The notes: a model not told the origin generated them from the letters alone. A DNA stretch of 32,000 nt from Methanococcus maripaludis (GCF_002945325.1 NZ_CP026606.1:900001-932000), one strand, 5' to 3'. Counted from the stretch's first letter, positions 1 through 9,955 are shown. Made by a program: numbers and translations.

Positions 1-1
1 T

Positions 2-403
<402 letters not shown>

Positions 404-426
404 ATAAAATATTTTTAAAAATTAAG

Positions 427-1458
427 TTAAGGCTTAAGCCCGCCAACGCCTAAACCCTCTTTTTCATCGAATCCCATGATAATATTCATATTTTGGATTG
501 CCTGACCGCTTGCCCCTTTTACAAGATTGTCTATTGCTGAAACTACAACAATTCTGCCATACTGATCAATTTCAAATCCGCCAATATCGCAGAAGTTGGT
601 TCCTCGAACTCCAGTTAAAGAAGGCATTCCCTCTTCAAATATTCTTATGAAAAATTCGCCTTTGTAGAACTCTTCATAGATTTCGATAACATCTACTCGG
701 CTTACATCTTCTTTAAGGAATGAATGCGCAGTTGTCAATATCCCCCTTGTAACTGGCAGAAGGTGGGGAGTAAATGAAACTTTTAAATTTTTGTTTGCAA
801 GGTATTGAAGCTCTTTTCCAATTTCTGGACTGTGCCTGTGTTTCGTTATTTTGTATGGTCCGATATTTTCATTTACATTTGCAAAATGAGTAGTTTGACT
901 TGCTTCAACACCTGCACCACTTACTCCGGATTTTGAATCAAAAATTATCCTGTCTTCAACGAGATCATTTGCAACCAGCGGCGCCATTGAAAGAATTGCA
1001 CCTGTTGGGTAACATCCAGGATTTGCAATTGTTTTTGACTTTTTTATTTTTTCCCGGTGGAGTTCTGGAAGACCATAAACTGCAGAATCTATTTTTCCGG
1101 AGTGTTTCAATCCATACCATGATTCATACATATCAATATCTTCAAATCTGTAATCCCCACTTAAATCGATTACATTTATTCCTTTTTCGTGTAGTGTTGG
1201 GACAATTGCCATTGATGCACCGTGAGGTGTTGCACAGAACACAATATCAGTATCGATGTCTTCTGGAGCAATATTTTGGAATTTTAAATCGTTATAATTA
1301 CATAAATTTCTTACCTGGGGGTGAAAATCAGTGAGCTTTTTTCCAGCCTCTTTTCTTGACGTTACATTCACAACTTCGACTTCGTCGTGGTTTGAAAGGA
1401 GTCTTAGAAGTTCTGAGCCCGTATACCCCGTTCCGCCTATTATCGAAACTGTTTTCAT
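427..1458 (-). CDS. argC: N-acetyl-gamma-glutamyl-phosphate reductase
   Basis: [21 protein letters not shown] Rossmann start, [11 protein letters not shown] active-site Cys motif, HRHSPEI and [12 protein letters not shown]. Start taken at the ATG at 1458 rather than the upstream alternative. Confidence 0.97.
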   Translation of the reverse strand: MKTVSIIGGTGYTGSELLRLLSNHDEVEVVNVTSRKEAGKKLTDFHPQVRNLCNYNDLKFQNIAPEDIDTDIVFCATPHGASMAIVPTLHEKGINVIDLSGDYRFEDIDMYESWYGLKHSGKIDSAVYGLPELHREKIKKSKTIANPGCYPTGAILSMAPLVANDLVEDRIIFDSKSGVSGAGVEASQTTHFANVNENIGPYKITKHRHSPEIGKELQYLANKNLKVSFTPHLLPVTRGILTTAHSFLKEDVSRVDVIEIYEEFYKGEFFIRIFEEGMPSLTGVRGTNFCDIGGFEIDQYGRIVVVSAIDNLVKGASGQAIQNMNIIMGFDEKEGLGVGGLKP

Positions 1459-1591
1459 TAAAACCACCTTTTAGAATAATGCGAAAATTTTGCTGTATAA
1501 ATTAAAACTTGATGGGATAAAAAAGTAATGATTATCTTTAAAATAACCACCCCCATAAGTTTAAAAATTTAAAAGTTTTAAAAAAAGATTT

Positions 1592-2113
1592 TTAAAGATA
1601 TCCTGTTGGCCATTTTTCATAATGTATTCTTTCTCTATCAAATTTTTCTACCGGAACCGGCTTTTCTGCAGGATTTCCTAATGCTACAACTGAAAAAGGA
1701 ACTACATTTTCTGGCGCATGCAGAACTTTTCTCATTTTTTCGACTCGTTCATCTACAGGATAAAATCCAAGCCATACTGCACCAATTCCCCGATCTTGAG
1801 CTTCTATTAATATATTTTCAGTTGCAGCAGCACAGTCCTGAACCCAGAACTGCCCGCATGATCCATTTACGCGATCCATGTTACCGCATACAACTATTGA
1901 AACTGGTGCTTCGTTTAACATCCTTGCGTGCCTGTTTATTTTAGAAATTCCCGAAAGTGTGTTTTTATCACGAATTACTACAAAATCCCATGGCCTCTGG
2001 TCGCATGCACTTGGTGCTGCCATTGCTGCTTTTAAAAGATCATCGACTATTTCTTCTGAAACGTCTTCAGAAGTGTAGTGTCGGATACTCCTTCTTTCAA
2101 ATATTGCATTCAT
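1592..2113 (-). CDS. nitroreductase family protein
   Basis: ERRSIRHYTSEDV N-terminus, AAPSACDQRPWDFVVI, GIGAVWLGFYP; length 173 aa typical of FMN nitroreductase-like proteins. Confidence 0.9.
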   Translation of the reverse strand: MNAIFERRSIRHYTSEDVSEEIVDDLLKAAMAAPSACDQRPWDFVVIRDKNTLSGISKINRHARMLNEAPVSIVVCGNMDRVNGSCGQFWVQDCAAATENILIEAQDRGIGAVWLGFYPVDERVEKMRKVLHAPENVVPFSVVALGNPAEKPVPVEKFDRERIHYEKWPTGYL

Positions 2114-2281
2114 ATATTCCCCCTCTTTTTCGTTTAAATGTTATGTAACCCCCAAATTTGGTTTCCACATATAAAATATCAATCTTTCAAAAACATATAT
2201 TTTACTGCTAACCCATATCTATTAGATATTCTAATGACAATTTTATATATCTTGATTGGTATAGTCTGTATCGGTGCTTTT

Positions 2282-2938
2282 ATGATAGGAACTTGCATGC
2301 GATTTTCAAACCCAGAAAAAGGACTGGAATATACGGATTGGGGCCTTCATTTTTGTTCAAACATTGATGAAAACTTCAAAAAAGGACTTAATGGATTTCA
2401 TGCACCTATCGTAGATATCGGAACTCCGAATAATAAAAAAGGACTTGAAACACTTAAAAATATAGTTAATAAGCTTGATAATGCAGATTATTTAACTATT
2501 CATCTTCATAACGGGAAAGAACCCGAATACAATACTCTTTTAGAAAATGTTTCGGAATTAAATGAATATTCTAAAGAAAAAAACATTACTTTGTGTATTG
2601 AAAATTTAAGAAATGGATTTTCTTCAAAACCTGAGAACATAATAAACGTTGCAGAAGAAACGGGGTGCAGAATAACTTTTGATATAGGCCACACACCGTA
2701 TGAAAACAGAATGAACTGTATTGACCTTTTTTCAGATAAAATTTACAATGTGCACACTTACGAAAAAGAATGCGACAAAATCGGGCACGTTGCTCCAAAA
2801 GATTTAAAAAACTTAAAACCAGTTTTAGATGGCCTTTTAGATGTCGGCTGCGATTTTTGGCTTATCGAGCTTATGAATGTTGACGAAATCATCAGCACTA
2901 AAAACATGTTAAATAAATACCTTGAATTTCATAAATAA
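2282..2938 (+). CDS. sugar phosphate isomerase/epimerase-like TIM-barrel (AP endonuclease family 2 fold) protein
   Basis: HLHNG, CIENLRNGF, TFDIGHTPYENR and the C-terminal E-L pattern resemble xylose-isomerase-like TIM barrels. The ORF track extends to 2138 or 2234, but GGTG RBS-like sequence and a TATA-like box upstream favour ATG 2282. Confidence 0.7.
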   Translation: MIGTCMRFSNPEKGLEYTDWGLHFCSNIDENFKKGLNGFHAPIVDIGTPNNKKGLETLKNIVNKLDNADYLTIHLHNGKEPEYNTLLENVSELNEYSKEKNITLCIENLRNGFSSKPENIINVAEETGCRITFDIGHTPYENRMNCIDLFSDKIYNVHTYEKECDKIGHVAPKDLKNLKPVLDGLLDVGCDFWLIELMNVDEIISTKNMLNKYLEFHK

Positions 2939-2971
2939 AATGACGTATCTTTAAGTTATTTAGGTGTTATT

Positions 2972-3781
2972 TTGGATATCGAGTTTAAAAAATCATTTAA
3001 AGAGTTAACTTTATCTAAAGATTCATTGAAAATTATCGAAGAAAATGGAATTGATTTAAAAAAAATTGCTGTTGGGGAGTTTTCCGGAAGAGACAGCGCT
3101 GCAGCAATTATAAAAGCTTTTGAAGACGAAGATATTGACGCTGTTTTGCCAGTTTTAGCATTTACCGGTACGGATTACGGTGAAAAAGAAATTTTCTACC
3201 GAAACTGGAATGTAATAGATAAAAAAATAAAAGAAACACATGAAAATAAGTTTTTACTGCCTCTTCATTTTATTTTTGAACCAAAACTCTGGAATGCACT
3301 CAATGGACGATTTATTGCATACACAATTCAAAAATATGGATATTACACGCCTTGCATTGGGTGCCATGCATATTTAAGGATGATAAGAATTCCACTTGCA
3401 AAACATCTTGGAAAAAAAATAATTAGTGGGGAGAGGATACTCCACGACAAAGATTTTAAAATCGACCAGTTCAAAGAAACTCTTGAAACATACTATAAAA
3501 TATGCGATGAATTTGACGTAGAACTCCGTCTCCCGGTAAAAGATATTGAAAAAGGGTCAGAAATAAAAGAAATTATTGGTGAGCCGTGGGAACAGGGAAA
3601 AAACCAATATTCATGCATGTTTAGTGGAAATTATAGGGATCTGGACGGAAAGGTAATTTTTGAAAGGGAAAAAATTGTAAAAATCTTAAATGAATTTATA
3701 TATCCTTCATCTATTGAAATATTGAAAAACGGGTATAATAACAACTTTAATTATATTGAAACCGTGAAAAAGTTCCTTTAA
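2972..3781 (+). CDS. PP-loop superfamily ATP-utilising protein (PAPS reductase/thiolation-like), uncharacterised
   Basis: GEFSGRDSAAAI is an SGxDS-type PP-loop; additional CIGCH and YSCMF cysteine motifs; TTG start inferred. Confidence 0.75.
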   Translation: MDIEFKKSFKELTLSKDSLKIIEENGIDLKKIAVGEFSGRDSAAAIIKAFEDEDIDAVLPVLAFTGTDYGEKEIFYRNWNVIDKKIKETHENKFLLPLHFIFEPKLWNALNGRFIAYTIQKYGYYTPCIGCHAYLRMIRIPLAKHLGKKIISGERILHDKDFKIDQFKETLETYYKICDEFDVELRLPVKDIEKGSEIKEIIGEPWEQGKNQYSCMFSGNYRDLDGKVIFEREKIVKILNEFIYPSSIEILKNGYNNNFNYIETVKKFL

Positions 3782-5070
3782 TGAATACCATGAGAACATT
3801 GCTTTTATTATTAGATGGACTTGGAGATAGACCTTCTGAGGTTTTGAAAGATAAAACTCCGCTTGAATATGCAAAAACTCCAAACTTAGATTCTTTTGCG
3901 AAAAAAAGCGTCACAGGAATGATGACACCATATAAAAAAGGAGTCCCACTTGGAACGGAGGTTGCCCATTTTCTGCTATGGGGCTACGACCTATCAGAAT
4001 TTCCTGGAAGGGGGATTATCGAAGCTTTGGGCGAAGATATTAAACTTAAAGATAATTCTATCTATTTAAGGGCCACTTTTGGATATGTAAAAAGAAAAAA
4101 TGGCTTTTTTGTAAAAGATAGGCGTACTAAAAATATATCAATTGAAGAAATAAAACAGCTTATAAATTCCCTTCCAAAAAAAATTGGAGATTATGAATTT
4201 AATCTACACTACTCTTTTGATACACACTGTATTTTAGAAATAAGTTCTTCAAATTACGAAATATCGGATAAAATATCTGATAGTGACCCTTTTTATCGGG
4301 AAAGACACGTTTTAAAAGTAAAACCGCTTAAAAATATTTCAGAACGAATAGAAATTGAAAATGCTGTGAAAACTGCCGAAGTATTAAATAAATATCTTCT
4401 AAAATGCAGTGAAATCCTTGAAAATCATCCTGTAAATATTACAAGAAAAGAAAATAATTCCCAACTTGCAAATTTCCTGCTTACAAAGTGGGCTGGAAGA
4501 TATAGGGAAATAGATTCTTTCCATGATAAATGGGGCATGAATGCTGCAATTATTGCAAAAAGCAGCGTTTTTAAAGGTTTATCAAAATTGCTGAAAATGG
4601 ATTATTATCCCGAAGGCGATTTTCAAAAAGCATTTTTAAAAGGAATTGAATTAAAAAATTATGATTTTGTGCATATCCACACCAAAGAGCCTGATGAAGC
4701 AGGACATACAAAAAATCCGATTAATAAAGTCGAAGTTATCGAAAAAATAGATAAATGCCTTCAAAAAATAAATGAATTAAATGATGAACTGATTATTATT
4801 ACTGCCGATCATTCTACGCCATCTGTTGGAACATTAATACACTCTGGAGAAGACGTTCCGCTTGCAATATTTAAAAATGGCATTATGAGGGATCGTGTTG
4901 AATATTTTAACGAAAAAGAGTGTTCAAAAGGCCAGTTAAATATTAAATCGAAAGATTTGATGAATTTAATACTAAACGATACAAACAAAACAAGACCTTA
5001 CACTACAAGAATTGGAAATAAACTTTTAAATTATATTCCAGAAAATAATTCCATTGAACATTTGAAATAG
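3781..5070 (+). CDS. apgM: ApgM-like 2,3-bisphosphoglycerate-independent phosphoglycerate mutase homologue (alkaline phosphatase superfamily)
   Basis: LLLLDGLGDRPSEVLKDKTPLEYAKTPNLDSFAKKS..., HIHTKEPDEAGH and ITADHSTPSVGTLIHSGEDVPLAIF are hallmark ApgM motifs. Some methanogens carry more than one copy, so the exact role is uncertain. Confidence 0.85.
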   Translation: MNTMRTLLLLLDGLGDRPSEVLKDKTPLEYAKTPNLDSFAKKSVTGMMTPYKKGVPLGTEVAHFLLWGYDLSEFPGRGIIEALGEDIKLKDNSIYLRATFGYVKRKNGFFVKDRRTKNISIEEIKQLINSLPKKIGDYEFNLHYSFDTHCILEISSSNYEISDKISDSDPFYRERHVLKVKPLKNISERIEIENAVKTAEVLNKYLLKCSEILENHPVNITRKENNSQLANFLLTKWAGRYREIDSFHDKWGMNAAIIAKSSVFKGLSKLLKMDYYPEGDFQKAFLKGIELKNYDFVHIHTKEPDEAGHTKNPINKVEVIEKIDKCLQKINELNDELIIITADHSTPSVGTLIHSGEDVPLAIFKNGIMRDRVEYFNEKECSKGQLNIKSKDLMNLILNDTNKTRPYTTRIGNKLLNYIPENNSIEHLK

Positions 5071-5077
5071 GTAAAAT

Positions 5078-5617
5078 ATGCCCAATTTATACGCACATCT
5101 TGTTTTATCAAAAATATTTCTTGAAAAAGAACTTTTAAACGTAAATGAGAATTTAGACATGAATAATTTTTATTTTGGATCTTGTGTTCCAGATATTGGC
5201 TATTTTTCAGGTATTGAACGAAAAATTACTCATTTTTATGAATCCGATCCGGAAGATTTATTTGAAAATAGAACTTTTTTTGAAAAATCATTTTTAAAAG
5301 GTTATACACTTCACATACACTTGGATAATATCTGGAAATACGAAATAAGACTTAAAAATAATATATCAATTGAAAAAAATGCCGAAATCTACAATTATTT
5401 TGATAGCTTTTTGGAAAATAGATTTGATATAAAAATAAACTCTTTTAAAAGTTATATTTTTAAAGGAAACTGTGACTTTTTAAAAAAATTAAATATAGAA
5501 GAAGATACCTGTAAAAATTGGAAAAAAACCGCATTTTACACAGTTTCTGATTTTCAGTTCAATGAAAAATATCAAAAAATAATTGACAGTTATCTAAAAA
5601 TTTTAAAAATAAATTAA
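5078..5617 (+). CDS. zinc-dependent phospholipase C/S1-P1 nuclease-like domain protein
   Basis: MPNLYAHLVLSK...GSCVPDIGYF...THFYE...GYTLHIHLDNIW pattern (metal-binding His/Asp). Confidence 0.55.
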   Translation: MPNLYAHLVLSKIFLEKELLNVNENLDMNNFYFGSCVPDIGYFSGIERKITHFYESDPEDLFENRTFFEKSFLKGYTLHIHLDNIWKYEIRLKNNISIEKNAEIYNYFDSFLENRFDIKINSFKSYIFKGNCDFLKKLNIEEDTCKNWKKTAFYTVSDFQFNEKYQKIIDSYLKILKIN

Positions 5618-5620
5618 TAA

Positions 5621-6586
5621 TTAAATTGAAATTATACTGTTTTTATCAAATTCAAACAAAATTTCAGTCCCGATTTTAAAGTCTACCGGTTTATTCGTCT
5701 GAATGGTAAATAATGAGTCACCACATTTTATAATGTATCTTACGACACTTCCCAAAAATTCATAATCCACTAATTTTCCATTGAAATTGCCCTTACCGAG
5801 TTCTATTGATTCAGGCCTTACGAAATACTTTTTATCGCCGGATTCAATATCCAATTTATTTAATATTGATGAAGGGAGTTCATTGATAATTCCAATAAAT
5901 TTTGCAACGAACTCGGTTTTTGGGTTAGAATAAATAGAATAAGGGTCTCCAAACTGTTCTATTTTTCCTTTATTCATTACAGCGACTTTATCTGATATGG
6001 CCAGCGCTTCTTCTTGGTCGTGTGTTACATAAATCGTTGGAATTTCAAAATTTCTCTGCAGTTCTTTAAGCTCTTTTCTCATTTTTATTCTTAATTTTGC
6101 ATCCAAATTACTTAAAGGCTCGTCTAAAAGCATTGCCTTTGGTTCTATCACTATTGCCCTTGCAATTGCAACCCTCTGCTGCATTCCACCGCTTAATTCA
6201 CTAATTGGGTACTTTTCATATCCGCCAAGGTTGACGAGATCTATTGAATTTTTTACCTTTTCAGAAATATCCGATTTACTAAATTTTTTTAACCTCAAAC
6301 CATAGGCAATATTTTCAAAAACGTTTAAATGGGGAAATAATGCGTAATTTTGAAATACTAATCCAATATTTCGTTTGTTTGGCGGAATATTCGTTATATC
6401 CTCACCATTTAAAAAAATTTTTCCCGCATCAGGCTTTTCAAATCCTGCAATAATCCTGAGACAAGTCGTTTTCCCACAACCGCTGGAACCAACAAGTGAC
6501 ACAAGTTCTTCGCCGCATTCAAAATCAGTATCTGTTAAAACCCCATGTTCTTCGAAGTTTTTTGAAATGTTTTCGAGTCTTAAATC
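5621..6586 (-). CDS. ABC transporter ATP-binding protein (Fe3+/spermidine/PotA-FbpC type)
   Basis: Walker A GSSGCGKTT, signature LSGGMQQRVAIARA, Walker B MLLDEPLSNLD, DHEEA-like THDQEEAL, TOBE-like C-terminus. Confidence 0.95.
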   Translation of the reverse strand, partial: DLRLENISKNFEEHGVLTDTDFECGEELVSLVGSSGCGKTTCLRIIAGFEKPDAGKIFLNGEDITNIPPNKRNIGLVFQNYALFPHLNVFENIAYGLRLKKFSKSDISEKVKNSIDLVNLGGYEKYPISELSGGMQQRVAIARAIVIEPKAMLLDEPLSNLDAKLRIKMRKELKELQRNFEIPTIYVTHDQEEALAISDKVAVMNKGKIEQFGDPYSIYSNPKTEFVAKFIGIINELPSSILNKLDIESGDKKYFVRPESIELGKGNFNGKLVDYEFLGSVVRYIIKCGDSLFTIQTNKPVDFKIGTEILFEFDKNSIISI

Positions 6587-8217
6587 CATTTTTTATCCCC
6601 TTTCAATCGTAATATTCCCAATATCCCGATTATCGACAAAATAACCATGAACATCGAGTAGCATGCCCCAACACCAAGCTGCCTGTTTATCGTTGATTCA
6701 AATACCATTGCAGATAGTACTTTTGTATTTGCCGTCATTAAAAATATTATCGAACCCAGCGACTTGATAGTTGCAATAAATGTATATATCATGCTGAATA
6801 TTATTGCAGGCTCCAGTAATGGTAGTACGACTTTGTAAAATGTTTTTAATCGGCTTGCACCAAGATTAAGAGAGGCTTCTTCGACAGACTCTTCAATCTG
6901 GGAAAGTACCGAATTTCCAGTTTTAAATGAGAACGGGAGTTTTCGAACCATGCAGTTTAAAATTATGATTGAAGACGTCCCAGTAAGCAGCAAAGGGTAA
7001 TTATTAAATGCTAAAAGGTATCCTAAACCCATAAATGTTCCAGGTATTGCAAATGGAAGTGTTATCACTAAATCCATCAGTTTTCGACCAAAAAATTTTC
7101 CCCGATATATAATATAGGAATAAGCGACTCCTAAAAAAGCCACCAAAATGCTTGACGACAGAGCATAAAATAGCGTGTTTTTTATTGCAAGCTGTCCTGC
7201 ACTTATCGCTTCAAAAAAATAATCTAAAGTCAAAGCGTAGTTGTGGCCAAAACTTTTCGTAAAAGAAGCTACAAAAACCGCAAAAAACAAAAGATATGCA
7301 AGTATTGAGAAAAATATGGCAGGAAATCCAAGAATTATTTTTTGTATATTACTTAGTGAATATTTTGTTAGTTTAGATTTTTTGAGCTCGTAACCCTTAT
7401 GATATTTTGAATAAAGATAAAATAAGGCCATAGATGGGAACAGAAGGATTACACTAAGTGTTGATGCCATTTGGGTGTTATACCTTCCAATTATTTCAAA
7501 ATACGATGCCGTCGCAAGCGTGTTGAAATTTCCACCAACGATTATGGGGGTTCCAAAATCAGCCATAGACTGCATGAATATCAAAAGACCTGCACTCAAT
7601 ATTCCGGGAATTAATAGTGGTAGTGTTACTTTTTTAAAAACCTGAAATTCATTTGAACCTAAATTCCTTGCAGCATCCTCAAATTCTCCAGAAATCCCAA
7701 GAAGTACTGCCGAAATTATAAAAAATGCAGTTGTCGTGTAATCGATAGACTGCATTATTACAACACTTTTCCAACCGTATATATTTGGTTCAAGCCCTAA
7801 TAAGCCGTAAGTAACTGCCCCGTGCCTTCCAAACAGGAATACGTAAGCAAGCGATGAAATAAACCCGGGGGTAATTATGGGTAGAAAAACTGCAATTTTG
7901 AAAAAATTTTTAAATTTAAAATCGGTTTTAAAAATGATAATTGAAAAAATAAAACCTAAAAATATCGAAATTATCGTTGAAAAGCACGCTACAACAATAC
8001 TGTTTTTTAAAATGCCAAAATAGTACGAATCTGAAATAAATTTAGAATATGCATCAAGCGTAAAACCGTTTGAACCGTAAAATGATTGTAAAAATACTGT
8101 AAATACAGGATACATTATGAATATCAATAAAAAAACGTTTGCAAGGATATAAAAACCATTTTCAAGGATTTTTGGATAAATTTTTGTTAATGTCTCTTTA
8201 TTAAATACTTCTTTCAT
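6580..8217 (-). CDS. ABC transporter permease, fused double-domain FbpB type
   Basis: 545 aa with two sets of TM helices; two binding-protein-dependent transport signatures (EDAARNLGSNEFQVFKKVTLPLLIPGI and EEASLNLGASRLKTFYKVVLPLLEPAI). Confidence 0.95.
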   Translation of the reverse strand: MKEVFNKETLTKIYPKILENGFYILANVFLLIFIMYPVFTVFLQSFYGSNGFTLDAYSKFISDSYYFGILKNSIVVACFSTIISIFLGFIFSIIIFKTDFKFKNFFKIAVFLPIITPGFISSLAYVFLFGRHGAVTYGLLGLEPNIYGWKSVVIMQSIDYTTTAFFIISAVLLGISGEFEDAARNLGSNEFQVFKKVTLPLLIPGILSAGLLIFMQSMADFGTPIIVGGNFNTLATASYFEIIGRYNTQMASTLSVILLFPSMALFYLYSKYHKGYELKKSKLTKYSLSNIQKIILGFPAIFFSILAYLLFFAVFVASFTKSFGHNYALTLDYFFEAISAGQLAIKNTLFYALSSSILVAFLGVAYSYIIYRGKFFGRKLMDLVITLPFAIPGTFMGLGYLLAFNNYPLLLTGTSSIIILNCMVRKLPFSFKTGNSVLSQIEESVEEASLNLGASRLKTFYKVVLPLLEPAIIFSMIYTFIATIKSLGSIIFLMTANTKVLSAMVFESTINRQLGVGACYSMFMVILSIIGILGILRLKGDKKWI

Positions 8218-8249
8218 TTACTGCACCTAAAAAAAAAATAAGTAAAAAA

Positions 8250-9281
8250 TTATTCTGTAGTTGAAATTTCTCTGTATCTAGATTCCCATTCATCTAAAAT
8301 CCTGTCCCGATTTTCCCCCCAGTACATGAAATCCATATCGAGGAAATCAAGATCTTTTGGGTTTGGAACACCATCGATAACTTCAATGTCGCCCCTTACA
8401 GGCACCCGAGGGCTTGCCTGCATAAGTACTTCCTGACCTTCTTTTGAAAGACACCAGTCAACAAATATTTTCGCATTTTCAGGGTGTTTTGCACCGTTTA
8501 CTATCGAAACTGGGGATGGCCACCAGATAACTTTGTTTAAAAATGCAGATTTTACAGGTAATTCTGAATCTGCAATTAATGTCGTGTGTGGATCAGGTGC
8601 TACACCATAAGCGTATTCACCAGCAGTTACTAAGTTTCCAGGCCCGCTTCCACGTTTTGTTAAGAATGGAGTGTTTTGATAGAATTTATCAAGGTAATTC
8701 CAGCCTTCATCTTCACCATACATTTGAAGAATTCCACATATTGTAAAGTATGCAGTTCCTGAAACTGTCGGGTTGGATGCAATTAATTCTCCTTTGTAAT
8801 CATCAGTTATTAAATCATCCCAAGTTTGTGGTTGAGGTAATCCTTTTTCAGATAACAAATCAGTGTTTTCCAAGATACCTATGGTAACAAGAGAAACTCC
8901 GGTCCAGTAGCCGTCTTCTTCAACAAATAATGGATCGATATCTTTTGCATTCGGGGATTTGTAAGCTTCAAGTAGCCCATCCTGCTGTGCACTTATGAAC
9001 GCATCGATTCCTCCACCAAGCCATACGTCTGCTGAAGGATTGCTCTGTTCAGCTTTTAGCCTTGAAAGAGCTTCACCAGATGATAAAGACACGTATTCCA
9101 TTTTTATGCCAGTATCTTTTTCAAATTCATCTGCAATTAAGTCAAGACTGCCATAAGCAACATATACTGTCACAACTTGTTCTTCTTGTGAAACATTAGA
9201 AGCTTGCTGTTCAGTGCACCCTGCAAATACGAGTACTGCCATAACGCAGAAAATTGCGAGTATGCCTTTTAAATTTTTCAA
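8250..9281 (-). CDS. ABC transporter substrate-binding lipoprotein, iron(III)-type (FbpA-like)
   Basis: Lipobox LVFAGC, then VYVAYGSLDLIADEFEKDTGIKMEYVSLSSGEALSRL, FVDWCLSKEGQEVL, SPRVPVRGDI. Downstream genes encode matching ATPase and permease. Confidence 0.9.
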   Translation of the reverse strand: MKNLKGILAIFCVMAVLVFAGCTEQQASNVSQEEQVVTVYVAYGSLDLIADEFEKDTGIKMEYVSLSSGEALSRLKAEQSNPSADVWLGGGIDAFISAQQDGLLEAYKSPNAKDIDPLFVEEDGYWTGVSLVTIGILENTDLLSEKGLPQPQTWDDLITDDYKGELIASNPTVSGTAYFTICGILQMYGEDEGWNYLDKFYQNTPFLTKRGSGPGNLVTAGEYAYGVAPDPHTTLIADSELPVKSAFLNKVIWWPSPVSIVNGAKHPENAKIFVDWCLSKEGQEVLMQASPRVPVRGDIEVIDGVPNPKDLDFLDMDFMYWGENRDRILDEWESRYREISTTE

Positions 9282-9325
9282 TATTACACCTCCGAAAATA
9301 CATTAGTTAGAGTGATTATCTTATT

Positions 9326-9339
9326 TAATGATATCATTA
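9326..9339. promoter_or_regulatory. 14-bp perfect palindrome TAATGATATCATTA, candidate operator of the iron-type ABC operon
   Basis: Lies about 20-25 nt downstream of minus-strand TATA-like AGTATATATTTTA and upstream of the substrate-binding protein start. Confidence 0.55.
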
Positions 9340-9421
9340 GCTCTTAAAATAAAATATATACTAATTATAATTTCTAATATCTAAAAAAGATATAAAATAA
9401 TAAAAATATGTAAAAAATAAT

Positions 9422-9946
9422 TCAGTCGTAACACTTCGAAAGAAGCGATCTTGCCCGGTTAATTGCTGAAATGTATAATTTTACAATTAAAGGGGAGATT
9501 ATTGCATAGTAAGACCGATATTTATTAATTAATCCTTTTTTATTTAGCCCCCTTGAAAGCTGGGCATTTTTCGTAGTTTCAAACTCCCTTTTAGCAACTT
9601 CAAGTGTTGAAAATGTCATCCAAATCCCAATTCCCAAATCACGATTGTAACTTGAAATAAATTCAACTAACTTTTCAATTGAAACTGAATTTATAAACCA
9701 CTGCACTGCAAAAATATATGCAAGCAGCCGGTATGCATTGTTAAGCCCATCCTGGCCCATTATAAAATAATAAAAAACAACCAGATACAGGGAAAATAAA
9801 ATCCATCTTTTTGAAAATACTTCAAATCTTTTGGTAAGTAAAACAACCACAATGGACGCTAAAATTCCATAAAATGGATTAAAAATTACTAAAACAAGTA
9901 AAAAAAGAGTAAAAATTAGATAAATCTTAATTTTAAGGTATTTCAT
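9422..9946 (-). CDS. energy-coupling factor transporter transmembrane (T) component, CbiQ/EcfT-like, short
   Basis: Multiple TM helices followed by AQLSRGLNKKG and LIVKLYISAINRARSLLSKCYD, resembling EcfT coupling helices. Confidence 0.7.
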   Translation of the reverse strand: MKYLKIKIYLIFTLFLLVLVIFNPFYGILASIVVVLLTKRFEVFSKRWILFSLYLVVFYYFIMGQDGLNNAYRLLAYIFAVQWFINSVSIEKLVEFISSYNRDLGIGIWMTFSTLEVAKREFETTKNAQLSRGLNKKGLINKYRSYYAIISPLIVKLYISAINRARSLLSKCYD

Positions 9947-9955
9947 ATTTTTTAC

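Noticed and set aside
900-1334. 144 aa plus-strand ORF antisense to argC
   Set aside because: Lies entirely within a well-supported gene on the opposite strand; low-complexity Leu/His-rich translation typical of antisense readthrough.
1606-2148. Short ORFs opposite or overlapping the nitroreductase gene (1606-1944, 1878-2078, 1957-2148)
   Set aside because: Antisense or frame-shifted shadows with no recognisable domain.
6375-6644. 89 aa ORF antisense to the ABC ATPase
   Set aside because: Overlaps the Walker A coding region of a clear ABC protein; no family features.
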